Origin: an uncultured delta proteobacterium
Lineage (GTDB): Bacteria; Desulfobacterota; WTBG01; CAIYCZ01; CAIRTM01
DNA: 64,000 nt
NCBI GenBank assembly: GCA_963804955.1
Contig: CAWDSQ010000030.1
Location: forward strand, 32,001-96,000
Direction: 5' to 3'
Every line of letters starts with the position of its first letter. The stretch's first letter is position 1. The translations under genes and the position numbers were made by a program. Below the pieces are notes generated by a model. That model ran no database searches, was not told where the DNA came from, and saw nothing but the letters and a program-made list of their open reading frames with translations. Below are positions 51,551 to 62,189 of the stretch, one piece after another.

Positions 51551-52720
51551 CTATATGATATTTAGTTCTCTACCTGTTTTCTCAATTGCTTCGAGCGCCC
51601 GGGCCAGGTCCTGCCGGGTATGGCTGGCCATTACCGTGATGCGCAGGCGCGATGAGCCCTGCGGCACTGTGGGCGGCCTGATCGCCTGAATGAAAATGCC
51701 CTCTTCAAAAAGGCGGCGCGCCATGGCAACTGCCTTTTCCGGCTCTCCGATCAGCAGGGGGATGATCTGCGTGGAGCTGTCAAGGGTGTTGAATCCACGG
51801 GCACTGAGTCCTTCGCGCATGAAATCGGCATTGTCTGCAAGCCTGTTGCGCAGTTCAGGCTCCTCCTCAAGAATCAGCAGCGCCTCCAGGGCTGCAGCCG
51901 CAGCAGCCGGCGGCAGGGCAGTGGTAAAGATGAAGCTTCGTGCCCGGTTGATCAGGTATTCCCGCAGATCGCGGGAGCCAGCAATGCAGGCGCCGAAGCT
52001 GCCCAGTGCTTTGCCAAGGGTGGCCATGACGATGATATCGGGCCGGCCCGCAAGGCCGAAATGCTCAAGCGTGCCGCGGCCCGTCGGGCCGAGGGCGCCC
52101 GTGCCGTGGGCGTCATCAACGATGAGGGCTCCGTCATACCTGCTGCTGAGTGCCGCAAGTTCGGGCAGGGGCGCAAGATCGCCGTCCATGCTGAAGACGC
52201 CGTCGGTAACGATGATGCGCCTGCGTGCGTGACCGAATTTTTTCAGAAGCCCTTCAAGGGCCTGCATGTCGCGATGGGGATAGACCTTGATGCAGGCATG
52301 GCTCAGGCGGCAGCCGTCTATAATGCTTGCATGGTTCAGCTCATCGCTGAAGATGACATCCTCGGGCCCGGCCAGAGCCTGCAAAAGGCCCGTATTTGCC
52401 ATATACCCGGTATTGAATACAAGGGCAGCTTCGGTTTTTTTGAACCGGGCAAGGGCCGCCTCAAGCTCATCAAAAAGTGTCGTGTTGCCGGTGATTAAAC
52501 GGGAAGCCCCCGACCCCGTGCCCCAGCGCTCGATCGCCTCCTGCGCCCGGGCCTTCATGCGCGGATGCGCTGCAAGGCCAAGGTAGTCGTTTGAGGCAAG
52601 CAGCAGAACCTGCCTGCCGTCGATGGTGACATGCGGGCCCGAGGCAGACGCACAGCTTACCATTCTGCGGTACAGCCCCGCCTGCTCCAGAGATGTCAGT
52701 TCGTGGTTCAGATTCAACAT
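51551..52720 (-). CDS. bioF: 8-amino-7-oxononanoate synthase
   Basis: SNDYLGL, NHASIIDG, FSMDGD, DDAH, TLGKALG, IRPPTVP. Confidence 0.96.
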   Translation of the reverse strand: MLNLNHELTSLEQAGLYRRMVSCASASGPHVTIDGRQVLLLASNDYLGLAAHPRMKARAQEAIERWGTGSGASRLITGNTTLFDELEAALARFKKTEAALVFNTGYMANTGLLQALAGPEDVIFSDELNHASIIDGCRLSHACIKVYPHRDMQALEGLLKKFGHARRRIIVTDGVFSMDGDLAPLPELAALSSRYDGALIVDDAHGTGALGPTGRGTLEHFGLAGRPDIIVMATLGKALGSFGACIAGSRDLREYLINRARSFIFTTALPPAAAAAALEALLILEEEPELRNRLADNADFMREGLSARGFNTLDSSTQIIPLLIGEPEKAVAMARRLFEEGIFIQAIRPPTVPQGSSRLRITVMASHTRQDLARALEAIEKTGRELNII

Positions 52721-52886
52721 GGCATGACGATAGCCGACGCGGGGACGCTTGTCAACAGCACTGTGGTGATGCCTGATTGGCAGAGGCTGCGCACGGAAGC
52801 ACTCTTATGGACATGGTGTTTTTGCAGCTGCGCTTCAAGCCGTGACTGCCGCGCTGTGGTGTTCATGCAACCGTTACACGTGACGG

Positions 52887-54359
52887 CTACTGGTCCTTTA
52901 AGAAGGGCTTTATATTGCGCATGGCGATGGCCAGAAACGGCTTTGGCGTCACGATTTTGGCAGCCTGCACTACCGTATCCTCATCAATTATATTGTTCAC
53001 GGCAAGCTCTTTAATCGAGCGTACCAGCTTCTCCCGCACGCGGGATCTGAAGCCAAGGGGGCTGCTTTGCACCAGAAGGTCAAGCATCTTTTCGGAGTTT
53101 CCCTGCCAGACAGGCCCGCGTTCCTGCTGCGGAGGCTCTTTGGTGAGCCACTGGGCGCCGCGCCCGAACTGGAGCATGCCGGTCATCAGGGTCGGCTGGT
53201 CGTTCTGCGTCTGCTCCGCCGGCTGCTGCAGGCGCATAATTTCCTCATTCACCAGCGCAAGGTTCCAGGGGCTCTTGGCCTGAGTCAATCCCGGCCGCAT
53301 ATCGCTGACCAGTGCGCCGTCCGTTTTATCCGCATAGCGAATAAAAAGCTCGGCCATTTTTTCGCCGGCCTCCACAAGCCAGTCGGCTTCCGGCGGCGGA
53401 AAGCGCTCCATTTTGGAACCTGTCAGCTGTACCCGGGTGATGGGCAGCGGCGCAATGCCTTTTGACAGCCGCTCTTCCAGCCCTTCCAGCAGCGATTCCA
53501 TGGGCTCGAGCCCCATGAGCAGAAAGCTCACCGTGCCGCGGCCGGGACCGAAAATATCCCGCGAGGCAATCTGGGCATCTTTCCAGTATGCATGGGGCCG
53601 GAAGCTGTTTTTGCCGGGGCAGATAGCCGCAAAATAGTTCGAATCCGCGGTTTCAAGGTCAAACTGCGTGCCGTGAAACCCGAGGTCCTTCCATTTCAGC
53701 ATTTCTGAAAAATTTTCAGGCGGATAGACATTGGCGACAACATGGAGCTGCGAGAACACGTCCGGGCTGAGCGCTTCGCGGATAGGGGTGATGAAGGTTG
53801 CCAGCCGGTCGGTCAGGGTATGCCATTTATCATGCGGGAATGCGCCGCCGTTGAGCGCTACCGTTCCCCGCCAGCCGGCGTCGGTGGCGATTTTTATGAT
53901 TTCGGCATTGCAGGCCGCCAGGTCCTTGAAGGTTTCCGGCGCGAGGTGCTCCATGTCCGTCGGGTTATGCGTGTAAAAGCCGCAATAGTGGCATCCCTCG
54001 CCCCGGTGGCAGTTATCGCAGTAATAATGGATTACCACGTTCATGAGCTTGACGGTGAAGTAGGTGAGGAAGTTGTCTATGGCCTGGCCATTGCTGAGCT
54101 TTATATTGCGCCACGCAGGCCTTTTGATAAGGTGCGCGGTTTCAAGAAGCGTGGCCTCGTCATAGATGGATGCCCGGTCGCCCTTGAAAACTACCCTTAA
54201 ACGCGAGTACGGGTTCATCATGCACTGAACCGGCAGGCCGCTTTTATCGAGCTCGATGGTGTCAAATGAATGCGACTGGCTGAGAGGCTCCTTTGTTTCA
54301 AAGCGAACACCCTCGGACAGAATTCTGGCTTTGATGAAAATATCGTTTTTTGTGATCAT
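52887..54359 (-). CDS. Radical SAM-like protein with extra C-terminal helical domain
   Basis: C-x8-CHYC cluster motif, LNGG, DLET...F..ICPGK, MGLEP; C-terminal PLGFRSRVR...IDEDTVVQA domain. Confidence 0.75.
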   Translation of the reverse strand: MITKNDIFIKARILSEGVRFETKEPLSQSHSFDTIELDKSGLPVQCMMNPYSRLRVVFKGDRASIYDEATLLETAHLIKRPAWRNIKLSNGQAIDNFLTYFTVKLMNVVIHYYCDNCHRGEGCHYCGFYTHNPTDMEHLAPETFKDLAACNAEIIKIATDAGWRGTVALNGGAFPHDKWHTLTDRLATFITPIREALSPDVFSQLHVVANVYPPENFSEMLKWKDLGFHGTQFDLETADSNYFAAICPGKNSFRPHAYWKDAQIASRDIFGPGRGTVSFLLMGLEPMESLLEGLEERLSKGIAPLPITRVQLTGSKMERFPPPEADWLVEAGEKMAELFIRYADKTDGALVSDMRPGLTQAKSPWNLALVNEEIMRLQQPAEQTQNDQPTLMTGMLQFGRGAQWLTKEPPQQERGPVWQGNSEKMLDLLVQSSPLGFRSRVREKLVRSIKELAVNNIIDEDTVVQAAKIVTPKPFLAIAMRNIKPFLKDQ

Positions 54360-54777
54360 GGTTTCTGTTCCTTGGCGGTTGGGGTGAGGAGTCTTTTTTA
54401 TAAGGGCTTGTTATAGATTTATATGATGTTGTTTGTGGGTTTTTTGCTAAATATAAAATTACGGCGATTGTGTGTCAAGGCAAATGTCGGCGCATGATGT
54501 TGCAGTGCGCCTTCTGGGTGTTTGCTGCTTTAATCAGTACTGTCGTGCAATCAAATTGCACCTGGCCAAGAGACCCCGTGATTCTCTTATTACGCAAATA
54601 ATAAGCGCCTGCCACGTGAATTATCCCGGGTTGTATGCTATATTTAAATCTATGATCCTCCGGGCAGGGCAGCCCGGCGTGGCCTTTGGCAAGTGAGGAC
54701 AGGCGCTGCCCGCATAGGCGATACGGCGGCACCCCTCACGAAGAAACAGCATATGTAAAACTGAAAGGAGCTTTACC

Positions 54778-54906
54778 ATGGGAGATAAAGGCGGAAAAAA
54801 AGACAAGAACAAAAGCCAGAAACAGAAGTCAATGAAGCATGACCAAAAGGAAAAACAAAAGCATGATAAGCAGCCCAAGAGCCTGCTGATGCGCTCCCCC
54901 GTCTGA
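54778..54906 (+). CDS. 42-aa Lys/Gln-rich basic small protein
   Basis: MGDKGGKKDKNKSQKQKSMKHDQKEKQKHDKQPKSLLMRSPV*; GAAAGGAG RBS; below the ORF-track size cut-off. Confidence 0.7.
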   Translation: MGDKGGKKDKNKSQKQKSMKHDQKEKQKHDKQPKSLLMRSPV

Positions 54907-55092
54907 CAGAGACAGTCGGGTCTGCTTCAAGGTTTGTTGCTCCGGACAAGAGGTGCGGGCCCTGATATGCACAAGGTCACCCCCACCTCTTTTCATTTTT
55001 GTGCCTTTTTCGGGATTTGTGCAAAGTGCAGGCACGAAAGAGCCTGCCATGGTCGTATGCTATTTTAACTAAAAGCCCAGGAGGAAATGACG

Positions 55093-55476
55093 ATGGCACA
55101 GAGAAATGAAATCTACAGGTGTGAACTATGCGGCAACATTGTTGTGGTGCTGCACGGCAGCGACGGGGAACTTGTGTGTTGCGGCAAGGAGATGATACTC
55201 CTTAAGGAAAACTCCGTAGAGGCTGCACAGGAAAAGCATGTGCCGCTCATAGAACACAAGGGCAGCACCTATACGGTTCAGGTCGGCAGCGTAGCGCACC
55301 CCATGGAGGAAAAGCATTATATCGAATTTATTGAGCTTGTGACTGAGGCGCGCGTTTACCGTGCATTCCTGGATCCGGGCAAAAAGCCACTGGCCGAATT
55401 TGATGTCCACGGCAAGGTGCTCGGAGCGCGGGCATACTGCAATGTTCATGGCCTGTGGAAGAGCGCCTGGCAGTAG
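55093..55476 (+). CDS. dfx: Desulfoferrodoxin (superoxide reductase)
   Basis: YRCELCGN...CCG centre I; EKHVP, HPMEEKHYI and YCNVHGLW centre II. Confidence 0.96.
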   Translation: MAQRNEIYRCELCGNIVVVLHGSDGELVCCGKEMILLKENSVEAAQEKHVPLIEHKGSTYTVQVGSVAHPMEEKHYIEFIELVTEARVYRAFLDPGKKPLAEFDVHGKVLGARAYCNVHGLWKSAWQ

Positions 55477-55585
55477 AGCTCTCTTGGGCCGCCTTCAAGT
55501 CATCGATCATAAAACAGCTCCTGGCAGATGAATGGCTCCAGTCTGCTTTGATTGCAGGCCAGGTCACTTGATCCGTGCGGGTGTT

Positions 55586-56503
55586 TCAGTGTGCAGCAAG
55601 CCGTATCGTGAACTTTTCCACCAGCCGCACGGGATGGTAGGAAAGCTTTGCCTGCCGCAGGCCGTCATCACCAAGGTCCTGCTCGCGGTTGACAAACGGA
55701 ACGCCGCTCCAGGCATGCTCGCAGAACTGCTGGTTCATGACAGCATAGAGGCCGGGTATTTGGGCATTAGCTTTCTCTATGTGCACAACGGCAGTGTCTT
55801 TATTTAAAAGCTCTCCAAGCGTAAATGCCTCCACCGCGCCGTTGATGACGATCACCCCGCCCTGCACCGCCAGCCGGTCACAGGAGCCAAGGAGTTCCCT
55901 GATTGCATCCCATTCGCCCATGAGGTTCATATCCTCGCTGCACCGGTTGCAGCCGCACCAGGCGTCCTGAAGCCTCAGGCATGCCTCAATATGCCCTGCT
56001 GTCAGGGGCTCATAGGCAAAGCCATAGGCTGAGCGGAATTTGTTTACATGGTTTTTTTTGCCGTGATACTTGCGGCCGGCAAGCTGGACAAGATCGCCGG
56101 TAGCATACACATAGTCAAAGTGTTCACGCTGGGGCTCAATGGTAAAGCCGGATTGCGCGGCAAGCTCTGCGGCGAGCCGGCCGTCAGCCCGGACGATGCA
56201 GGGCTGTGGTTGTTTTTTTTCTTCCTGAAGCCATGCCAGCAGCAGATGTACCGCTTCTATGCGTACGGAAGGCCCAACCGGCGGGAGGCAGAAAAGACTG
56301 CCGTCTGCAGTACTGCAGAGAAACAGCAGCGTGTTACGCCACAGCGACCACTGCGTAGCGTAGTGCCTGCGCCAGATGAAGAGGTTGGTGAAGGTAAGCT
56401 CAGAGGTCTCGGGCTGATAGGCCCGGAGCAGTTCGCTGATGCTTTCGCGGTCTTCGAGTTCAAGCTGTTTGAATTGCGGGAATACGGGTATGCCAGCCAT
56501 CAT
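55586..56503 (-). CDS. DUF2156 / phosphatidylglycerol lysyltransferase C-terminal-like (GNAT) protein
   Basis: SELTFTNLFIW, DYVY...L.GRKYH.KKNH, HIEKA, NREQDLG..GLRQAKLSYHP. Confidence 0.85.
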   Translation of the reverse strand: MMAGIPVFPQFKQLELEDRESISELLRAYQPETSELTFTNLFIWRRHYATQWSLWRNTLLFLCSTADGSLFCLPPVGPSVRIEAVHLLLAWLQEEKKQPQPCIVRADGRLAAELAAQSGFTIEPQREHFDYVYATGDLVQLAGRKYHGKKNHVNKFRSAYGFAYEPLTAGHIEACLRLQDAWCGCNRCSEDMNLMGEWDAIRELLGSCDRLAVQGGVIVINGAVEAFTLGELLNKDTAVVHIEKANAQIPGLYAVMNQQFCEHAWSGVPFVNREQDLGDDGLRQAKLSYHPVRLVEKFTIRLAAH

Positions 56504-56648
56504 ATGTCCTGTTTTAAAATCCAGTACGAATCTAATACAGGATCTGAACGCGTGCAACAGCAATTTTCAAAAGACAGGTTGACAAGATATGCCGGCCTGC
56601 ATATATTCACGCAATGTTCTTCGGTACACTTCAGGCGGGATCGCAACT

Positions 56649-57843
56649 ATGAAACCGGCACTCACCGGCATACGCATAATTGACTTCACGCGGGCGCTTG
56701 CAGGCCCCTACTGCACCATGCTGCTTGCCGACATGGGCGCCGAGGTGATCAAGGTGGAAATGCCCGGCGCGGGCGATGATTCCCGCGGCTGGGGCCCGCC
56801 GTTTGTCGGCTCGGAGTCGGCCTTTTTCCTCAGCATCAACCGCAACAAGAAAAGCATCACCCTTGACCTCAAGCAGGCGGCAGCCCGCGATATAGCGCTG
56901 CGGCTCATCGGCTCGGCTGATATTGTTGTCGAGGGCAGCCGGCCCGGCGTCATGAAGCGCCTCGGGCTTGATTATGAACGTGTATGCAAGCAGCAGCCAG
57001 CGCTTATTTACTGTTCTATTTCGGCTTTCGGCCAGACAGGCCCGTATGCTGAAAAGGCCGGCTACGATCAGGTGCTGCAGGGCTATGGCGGCATTATGGG
57101 GCTGACCGGCGAACCTGACGGCAGGCCCATGAAAGTCGGCCTGTCGATTACTGATCTTACGACGGGCATGTTTGCCGTGATCGGCATAGTCACTGCCCTG
57201 TATCACCGGCAGCAGAGCGGCCGGGGCCAGTATATCGATGCCGCCATGCTCGACGGCCAGGTCTCCTGGCTCACGTATCAGGCGCAGAGGTACTGGGCAA
57301 GCGGCGAAATACCCGCACGGTCCGGTGCAGGGCAGGGGCTGATCGTTCCCCACCAGTCGGTTGAAACTGCCGACGGCTTCATCAATATTGCCGTGGGCAA
57401 TGAAAATCTTTGGCAATGTTTACTAGAAGTCATGGGGCTTGACCGCTGGCTCAAAGATGATCCGCGGTTTGCGACGAATCCCTCACGGGTAGAAAATCGT
57501 CATGACTTGCTGGACATACTTGAGCCCATATTCAAGGCACAGCCGTCATCGCGCACTGGCTGGAGCTTTTCGATAAGGCAGGCATACCCTGCGGGCCCAT
57601 TTATACCGTTGACCAGGTGGTGACCGATCCGCAGGTGCTGGCGCGCGACATGGTGTCGCAGGTGAGCCACCCGGCCTATGGCACAATCAATATGCTCGGC
57701 TTTCCCATTAAATTTTCTGAAACGCCGGGGCTCAGCCCCTCTGCCCCTCCGACGCTGGGGAGCATACCGAAGAAGTATTGAAAGGCCTGGGTATGAGCGA
57801 TGCGGAAGTGCAAACATTGCGGGAAGAAAAAATTATTCATTGA
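56649..57843 (+). CDS. CoA-transferase family III (CaiB/BaiF); frameshifts after ~57545
   Basis: LAGPYC..LLADMGAEVIKVE, NRNKKSITLDLK, FGQTGP; C-terminus (AGIPAGP...FPIKFSETP) in another frame. Confidence 0.92.
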
Positions 57844-57887
57844 TGAAGATATAGTAAGTCGTGAATCCGGTGCGAACCGGGGCCAGA

Positions 57888-57946
57888 GCAGGGGCAGGCC
57901 TGCTTGTCTGCCCATAACAAGGGCGCACACACAGGTGCGCCCCTAC
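57888..57946. repeat. GTAG-family REP pair
   Basis: GCAGGGGCAGGC...GTCTGCCC and GGGCGCAC...GTGCGCCCCTAC. Confidence 0.7.
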
Positions 57947-57963
57947 GAAGGAAATCGCATTGC

Positions 57964-59359
57964 ATGAAACTATCCGCCATACTGTTCGACAAGCACAATC
58001 CCCGATTGCTTTCCGTGCTTTCGGCGTCATCCGCTCATTGCTGCAACGCTTTACTGCGACGGGCCGGGAGGTGCGGCTGTCAGCCGCGCGCTTGAAAAGG
58101 CAGGTGATGCAGGCTATGCGCTCATAGTCCCCGCCTCAGAAGGCCTTGCGCTGTCTGATGCTGATCTGCGCCGGCTGTGCGCCGCAGCGGCAGAGCGGCA
58201 GGCAGGCCTTCTGTATGCCAATTACTTCGCGGGGTCGCGGACAGATGCCTCGGTTGTAAAACTTGCCGGATACCAGGCCGGCAGCATTCGCGATGATTTT
58301 TCCTTCGGCCCGGTGCAGCTGTACAGCATGCAGGCGGTGCGGCAGGCATTTGAAAAATACGGTGCTCTCTCTGATACACAATGGGCTGGGCTCTATGAAC
58401 TGCGGCTCAAGGTGTCGTGCGCAGCGCCGGTCGTGCATCTGGCTGAGCCGTGCGCGCTGCTAGCCGGGGGCGGAGACCTGAAAAAATCACAGTTTGCCTA
58501 TGTCGATCCGCGGCAGGTTGCCTATCAAAAAGAGATGGAGGCAGTGGCAACAGAGCATCTCAAACGCATCGGCGCCTACTGCAGCCATGAACCGCTGCCC
58601 CCTCCCGATGATGGCGCAGCCTATCCCGTTGAGGCAAGCATTGTCATCCCGGTGCGCAACCGGGAGCGCACGATTGCCGATGCCGTGGGCAGCGCTCTTT
58701 CGCAGAAAGCTGAGTTCGCGTTTAATGTACTTGTCGTGCAGAACCATTCCACTGACCGCACCGGTGCGATACTCGATGAACTGGCGGCCCGCGACAGCCG
58801 CGTTGTGCATATTATTCCGCAGCGCACGGATCTGGGCATCGGCGGCTGCTGGAATGAAGCCGTGCAGTCGGCCCGGTGCGGGCGTTTTGTCTGCCAGCTT
58901 GATTCAGATGATCTTTATACTGATGGGCATACGCTGGCAAAAGTTATCGGTATGCTTCGTGAGAGCCGCCACGGCATGGTTGTTGGCGCTTACCGTCTCG
59001 TGAATTTCAACCTCGAAGAACTGCCGCCCGGCATTATCGACCATCGCGAGTGGAGCGACGATAACGGCCGCAATAATCTTTTGCGGGTGAACGGCATCGG
59101 CGCGCCCCGCGCCTTTGCCGCAAGCCTTCTGCGCCGGTTCCCGTTCCCGAACGTAAGCTATGGCGAGGACTATGCCGTGTCGCTGCGGATATCACGGGAC
59201 TATACGGTCGGCAGGATCTATGAGCCCGTTTATCTCTGCCGGCGGTGGGAGGACAATACGGACGCGCAGCTCTCAAACGAGCAGGAAGTGCGCTATGCGG
59301 AGTATAAGGACAGCCTGCGCACCCGGGAAATGAACGAGCGGCAGTTGCAGAATCGTTGA
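57964..59359 (+). CDS. Glycosyltransferase family 2 (N-terminal part frameshifted)
   Basis: SIVIPVRNRE, NHSTD, LGIGGCWN, QLDSDDLY, SYGEDY. Confidence 0.85.
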
Positions 59360-59369
59360 ACGGTAATCC

Positions 59370-59697
59370 CTATTCAACGTTCTTGTCGTAGTATCCTTCA
59401 TCATAGAGCTTTTCATCGTCCCGCACCTGATAGCGGATCAGGACGATGGCCAGGCCTATGAGCAGCCACAAGCCCGCAAGGCCGTAGAGCCTGTCGCCGG
59501 TTACAGCGCGTGATTTCTCCACCTGGTCAAGCGACACTTTCCGGAGCTGTGCCTCGGTGGCGGCATCCTGGACCTCTTCGGTCGCAATGGTCCTGCTGGC
59601 AGCAGGAGTCTGCAGGCTCTGCCGCACAGGCATTGCGCGCAGGCAGGCCGCTCCACAGCAGCATGCCGATGAAAACCAGTAAGCAGATCTTCTTCAT
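59370..59697 (-). CDS. Small exported/membrane protein at the end of the Rieske-cytochrome b operon (frameshift near 59610)
   Basis: Signal peptide MKKICLLVFIG... with GGAGG-like RBS; C-terminal TM helix LYGLAGLWLLIGLAIVLI. Confidence 0.65.
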
Positions 59698-59711
59698 ACC
59701 CCTGCCACCTC

Positions 59712-60788
59712 TCAGGAAAAATAACCGATAAGAGTACAGATCACGAACACCAGCAGGCTCATGACGCCGATTATAGTAAATACAGGGCTCAGCTCTCCGC
59801 GCTGCGACCTGCGGTCGATAAACGGTGCACACGTTATGCAGAGGGCCGCAGCGGCAAGGCCCACAATGCCCACGACTTCTCCCTCGATGCCCGCAATGAA
59901 TGTGGGCAGCCATTTCAGTATCTGATAGACCCAGAGGAAGAACCAGTCTGGCTTGACCCCTTCAGGTGCGGGCTTCAAATAATCTATTTCCTGCCCGAGC
60001 TCAGAGGGCATGATGACGGCAAGGGTCGCTACAAGGCCCAGCAGCAGCAGGCAATTGACAATATCGTGCCAGAGCAGGTGCGGAAACATGGGCTTGGCCG
60101 GCAGCGTCTTTTTTTCCGCCGCAGCTTTTTTCAGAATGGAGACGGGTACGCTCATGCCCAGCAACTGCACGAGCAGCAGATGCACGCCCACTATGAGCAG
60201 GAGCGCCGCCGGCAGCACGCCTACATGCAGGGCAAAGAACCGGTTCAGGGTCTGGGGCCCGACATTTTCGCCGCCCCTCAGGAATTCAAGAATGTATGTG
60301 CCCACCACCGGTATGGCGCCGGGCATGTCGGTTCCCACGTTCAGGGCAAAGAATGCGCGCTCGTCAAAGGGCAGGGTGTAGCCGCTGTAGCCAAGGAACA
60401 TGACCACCACCAGCAGCGCCATGCCCGTAAGCCAGGTGATCTCCCGGGGCCTGCGGTACGCCTTCACAAAGAACGTGGAGAAGAAGTGCACGAAGGCCAC
60501 CACGATCATCAGGTTGCTGGCCCAGTGGTGTACAGAGCGGATGAGCCAGCCGTAGGGAACATTCACCATGATCTCGGCTATGCTCTGGTAGGCGGTTTCC
60601 GCCGAGGGCTTATAGTAAAAAAGGAGCATGATGCCGGTGAGCCCCTGGATCATGAAGAGGAAGAGCAGCAGGCCGCCCATGTAGTACCAGACCGAGTGCC
60701 GGTGCATGGGCACCATTTTTTTGCGGGCAAGGCTGATGATGGCATCAAGCCCGATGCGCTCATTGATTTCTTTTTTAACGTCGAACAT
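59712..60788 (-). CDS. Cytochrome b subunit of a Rieske/cytochrome b complex
   Basis: Heme-ligand histidines in RSVHHW...VHFF and FALHV...VHLL; KPDWFF variant of the PEWY motif. Confidence 0.92.
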   Translation of the reverse strand: MFDVKKEINERIGLDAIISLARKKMVPMHRHSVWYYMGGLLLFLFMIQGLTGIMLLFYYKPSAETAYQSIAEIMVNVPYGWLIRSVHHWASNLMIVVAFVHFFSTFFVKAYRRPREITWLTGMALLVVVMFLGYSGYTLPFDERAFFALNVGTDMPGAIPVVGTYILEFLRGGENVGPQTLNRFFALHVGVLPAALLLIVGVHLLLVQLLGMSVPVSILKKAAAEKKTLPAKPMFPHLLWHDIVNCLLLLGLVATLAVIMPSELGQEIDYLKPAPEGVKPDWFFLWVYQILKWLPTFIAGIEGEVVGIVGLAAAALCITCAPFIDRRSQRGELSPVFTIIGVMSLLVFVICTLIGYFS

Positions 60789-60805
60789 CCTTCAGCCTTT
60801 TTATA

Positions 60806-61273
60806 CTATGCCTTTTCATCATTGTGCTCCCGGAGCGACAGCACCAGCCTGCCCCCTTCTTGTGTCAGCTCAAATACGTCAAGGGGCCGCGGCGGAGGGC
60901 CTGCCACATTGATGCCCGCGTCGTCGAAATAGCCCTCATGGCAGGCGCAGAAAAACTGCTTCGTGTCAGGCCTGTACTGCACAGTGCAGTCCAGGTGCGT
61001 GCACTTGGCCGAAAAGGCCCGCAGCTCGCCTGATGCGGTCTTAAGGAGCACGCCGGGCAGGCGGCCGTATTTGAAATACACAGCCGAGTTCGGCGCAAGC
61101 TTCTCAACGTCGGCCAGCGGCACGGTCACAGCCTTGGGCAGGGGTATTTTCTTTTTGAAAAACAGGAACCCTGCAACCGGATAAAGGGCGTATGCCGCAA
61201 GCGAAGCAAGGCTGCCGGTGATGAACCCCGTTATGAGCTGACGTCGCGAAAGGATTGATTCTCTAAGTTTCAT
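60806..61273 (-). CDS. Rieske 2Fe-2S protein with Tat-like anchor
   Basis: SRRQLI, CTHLDC, CACHEGYFD, GPPPRPL. Confidence 0.93.
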   Translation of the reverse strand: MKLRESILSRRQLITGFITGSLASLAAYALYPVAGFLFFKKKIPLPKAVTVPLADVEKLAPNSAVYFKYGRLPGVLLKTASGELRAFSAKCTHLDCTVQYRPDTKQFFCACHEGYFDDAGINVAGPPPRPLDVFELTQEGGRLVLSLREHNDEKA

Positions 61274-61286
61274 GCCAAGCCTTTTT

Positions 61287-61442
61287 TAGCAGGCTGTTGA
61301 AAAACGCCCATTTGCTGCGTTGCGTTCATCATGCTTCACTGCGGCGTACGAACAAGTACGCCTCATTCGCATGATTTCACACGCCTTGCATCTGAACATT
61401 TTTGAACAGCCTGTATTCATAGACTTTTTAAACAACCTATTA
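61287..61442. mobile_element. MITE-like non-autonomous element between sdhB and the Rieske gene
   Basis: Inverted repeats CAGGCTGTTGAAAAA / TTTTTGAACAGCCTG plus a second degenerate right end; internal GGCGTAC/GTACGCC hairpin. Confidence 0.7.
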
Positions 61443-62189
61443 AAGTAACCGAAATAGTTTTTTAAATTTGTACGCCACCAGCTTGCGCCGCAGGGCCTCG
61501 ATAGTGTCCGTGGGCCTGATATCTTTCGGGCAGGCGTCGACGCAGCGGAATATGGTGTGGCATGCCCACAGGCCCTGGGCGTTATTGACCCGTTCAAGAA
61601 ACTGCGGGCCACGCTGGTCGCGCGAGTCCTGCATAAAGCGGAAAAGCTTGGCGATGGCCGCCGGGCCGAGATACTTTTCGTCGAACCGCACCACCGGGCA
61701 GGAGCCGTAGCAGCAGGCGCACAGTATGCAGTTGACATAGGGGTCAAGGCTGACTACCGCATCATGGGACTGGAGCCGCTCTTTTTCCGGCCTGTCGCCG
61801 TTGACATGAAGCCAGGGCTCCACGCGGCGGTAGGCTTCCCAGAATGGCTTCATGTCAACGACCATGTCGCGGATTATCTCCATGTTCGGGAGGGGCTCAA
61901 TGAGAACCTGGCTGCCTATGAGGCTCGTGAGCTGGGTTCGGCAGGCGAGCACGGGAGCGCCGTTTACCAGCATACCGCAGGAGCCGCACACGGCGCTGCG
62001 GCAGGAGTAGCGGACTGCTATGCTGTCGTCCTCGGTCTCGTGGATATTTAAAAGCGCCTCCAGAACCGTGCGGCCCCGGGGGTAGGTTTTGACAAAGGTA
62101 TCATAGCGCGGCGCTGAGTCCACGTCGGGATCGAAGCGAAATATCTTGAACGTATACTGAATATCAGTATTTGCGTTCTGTGGGCTCAT
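61440..62189 (-). CDS. sdhB: Succinate dehydrogenase/fumarate reductase Fe-S subunit
   Basis: SCRSAVCGSC, CILCACCYGSCP, CHTIFRCVDACP. Confidence 0.95.
   Translation of the reverse strand: MSPQNANTDIQYTFKIFRFDPDVDSAPRYDTFVKTYPRGRTVLEALLNIHETEDDSIAVRYSCRSAVCGSCGMLVNGAPVLACRTQLTSLIGSQVLIEPLPNMEIIRDMVVDMKPFWEAYRRVEPWLHVNGDRPEKERLQSHDAVVSLDPYVNCILCACCYGSCPVVRFDEKYLGPAAIAKLFRFMQDSRDQRGPQFLERVNNAQGLWACHTIFRCVDACPKDIRPTDTIEALRRKLVAYKFKKLFRLL

Noticed and set aside
6138..59697. Frameshifts in argH, the PPIase, tlyA, the CoA-transferase, ARH, VWA, GT2 and others as programmed frameshifting or genome decay
   Set aside because: They are scattered single-base shifts in otherwise intact genes, often at short homopolymers, which is typical of unpolished long-read assembly. 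Reads would be needed to confirm.
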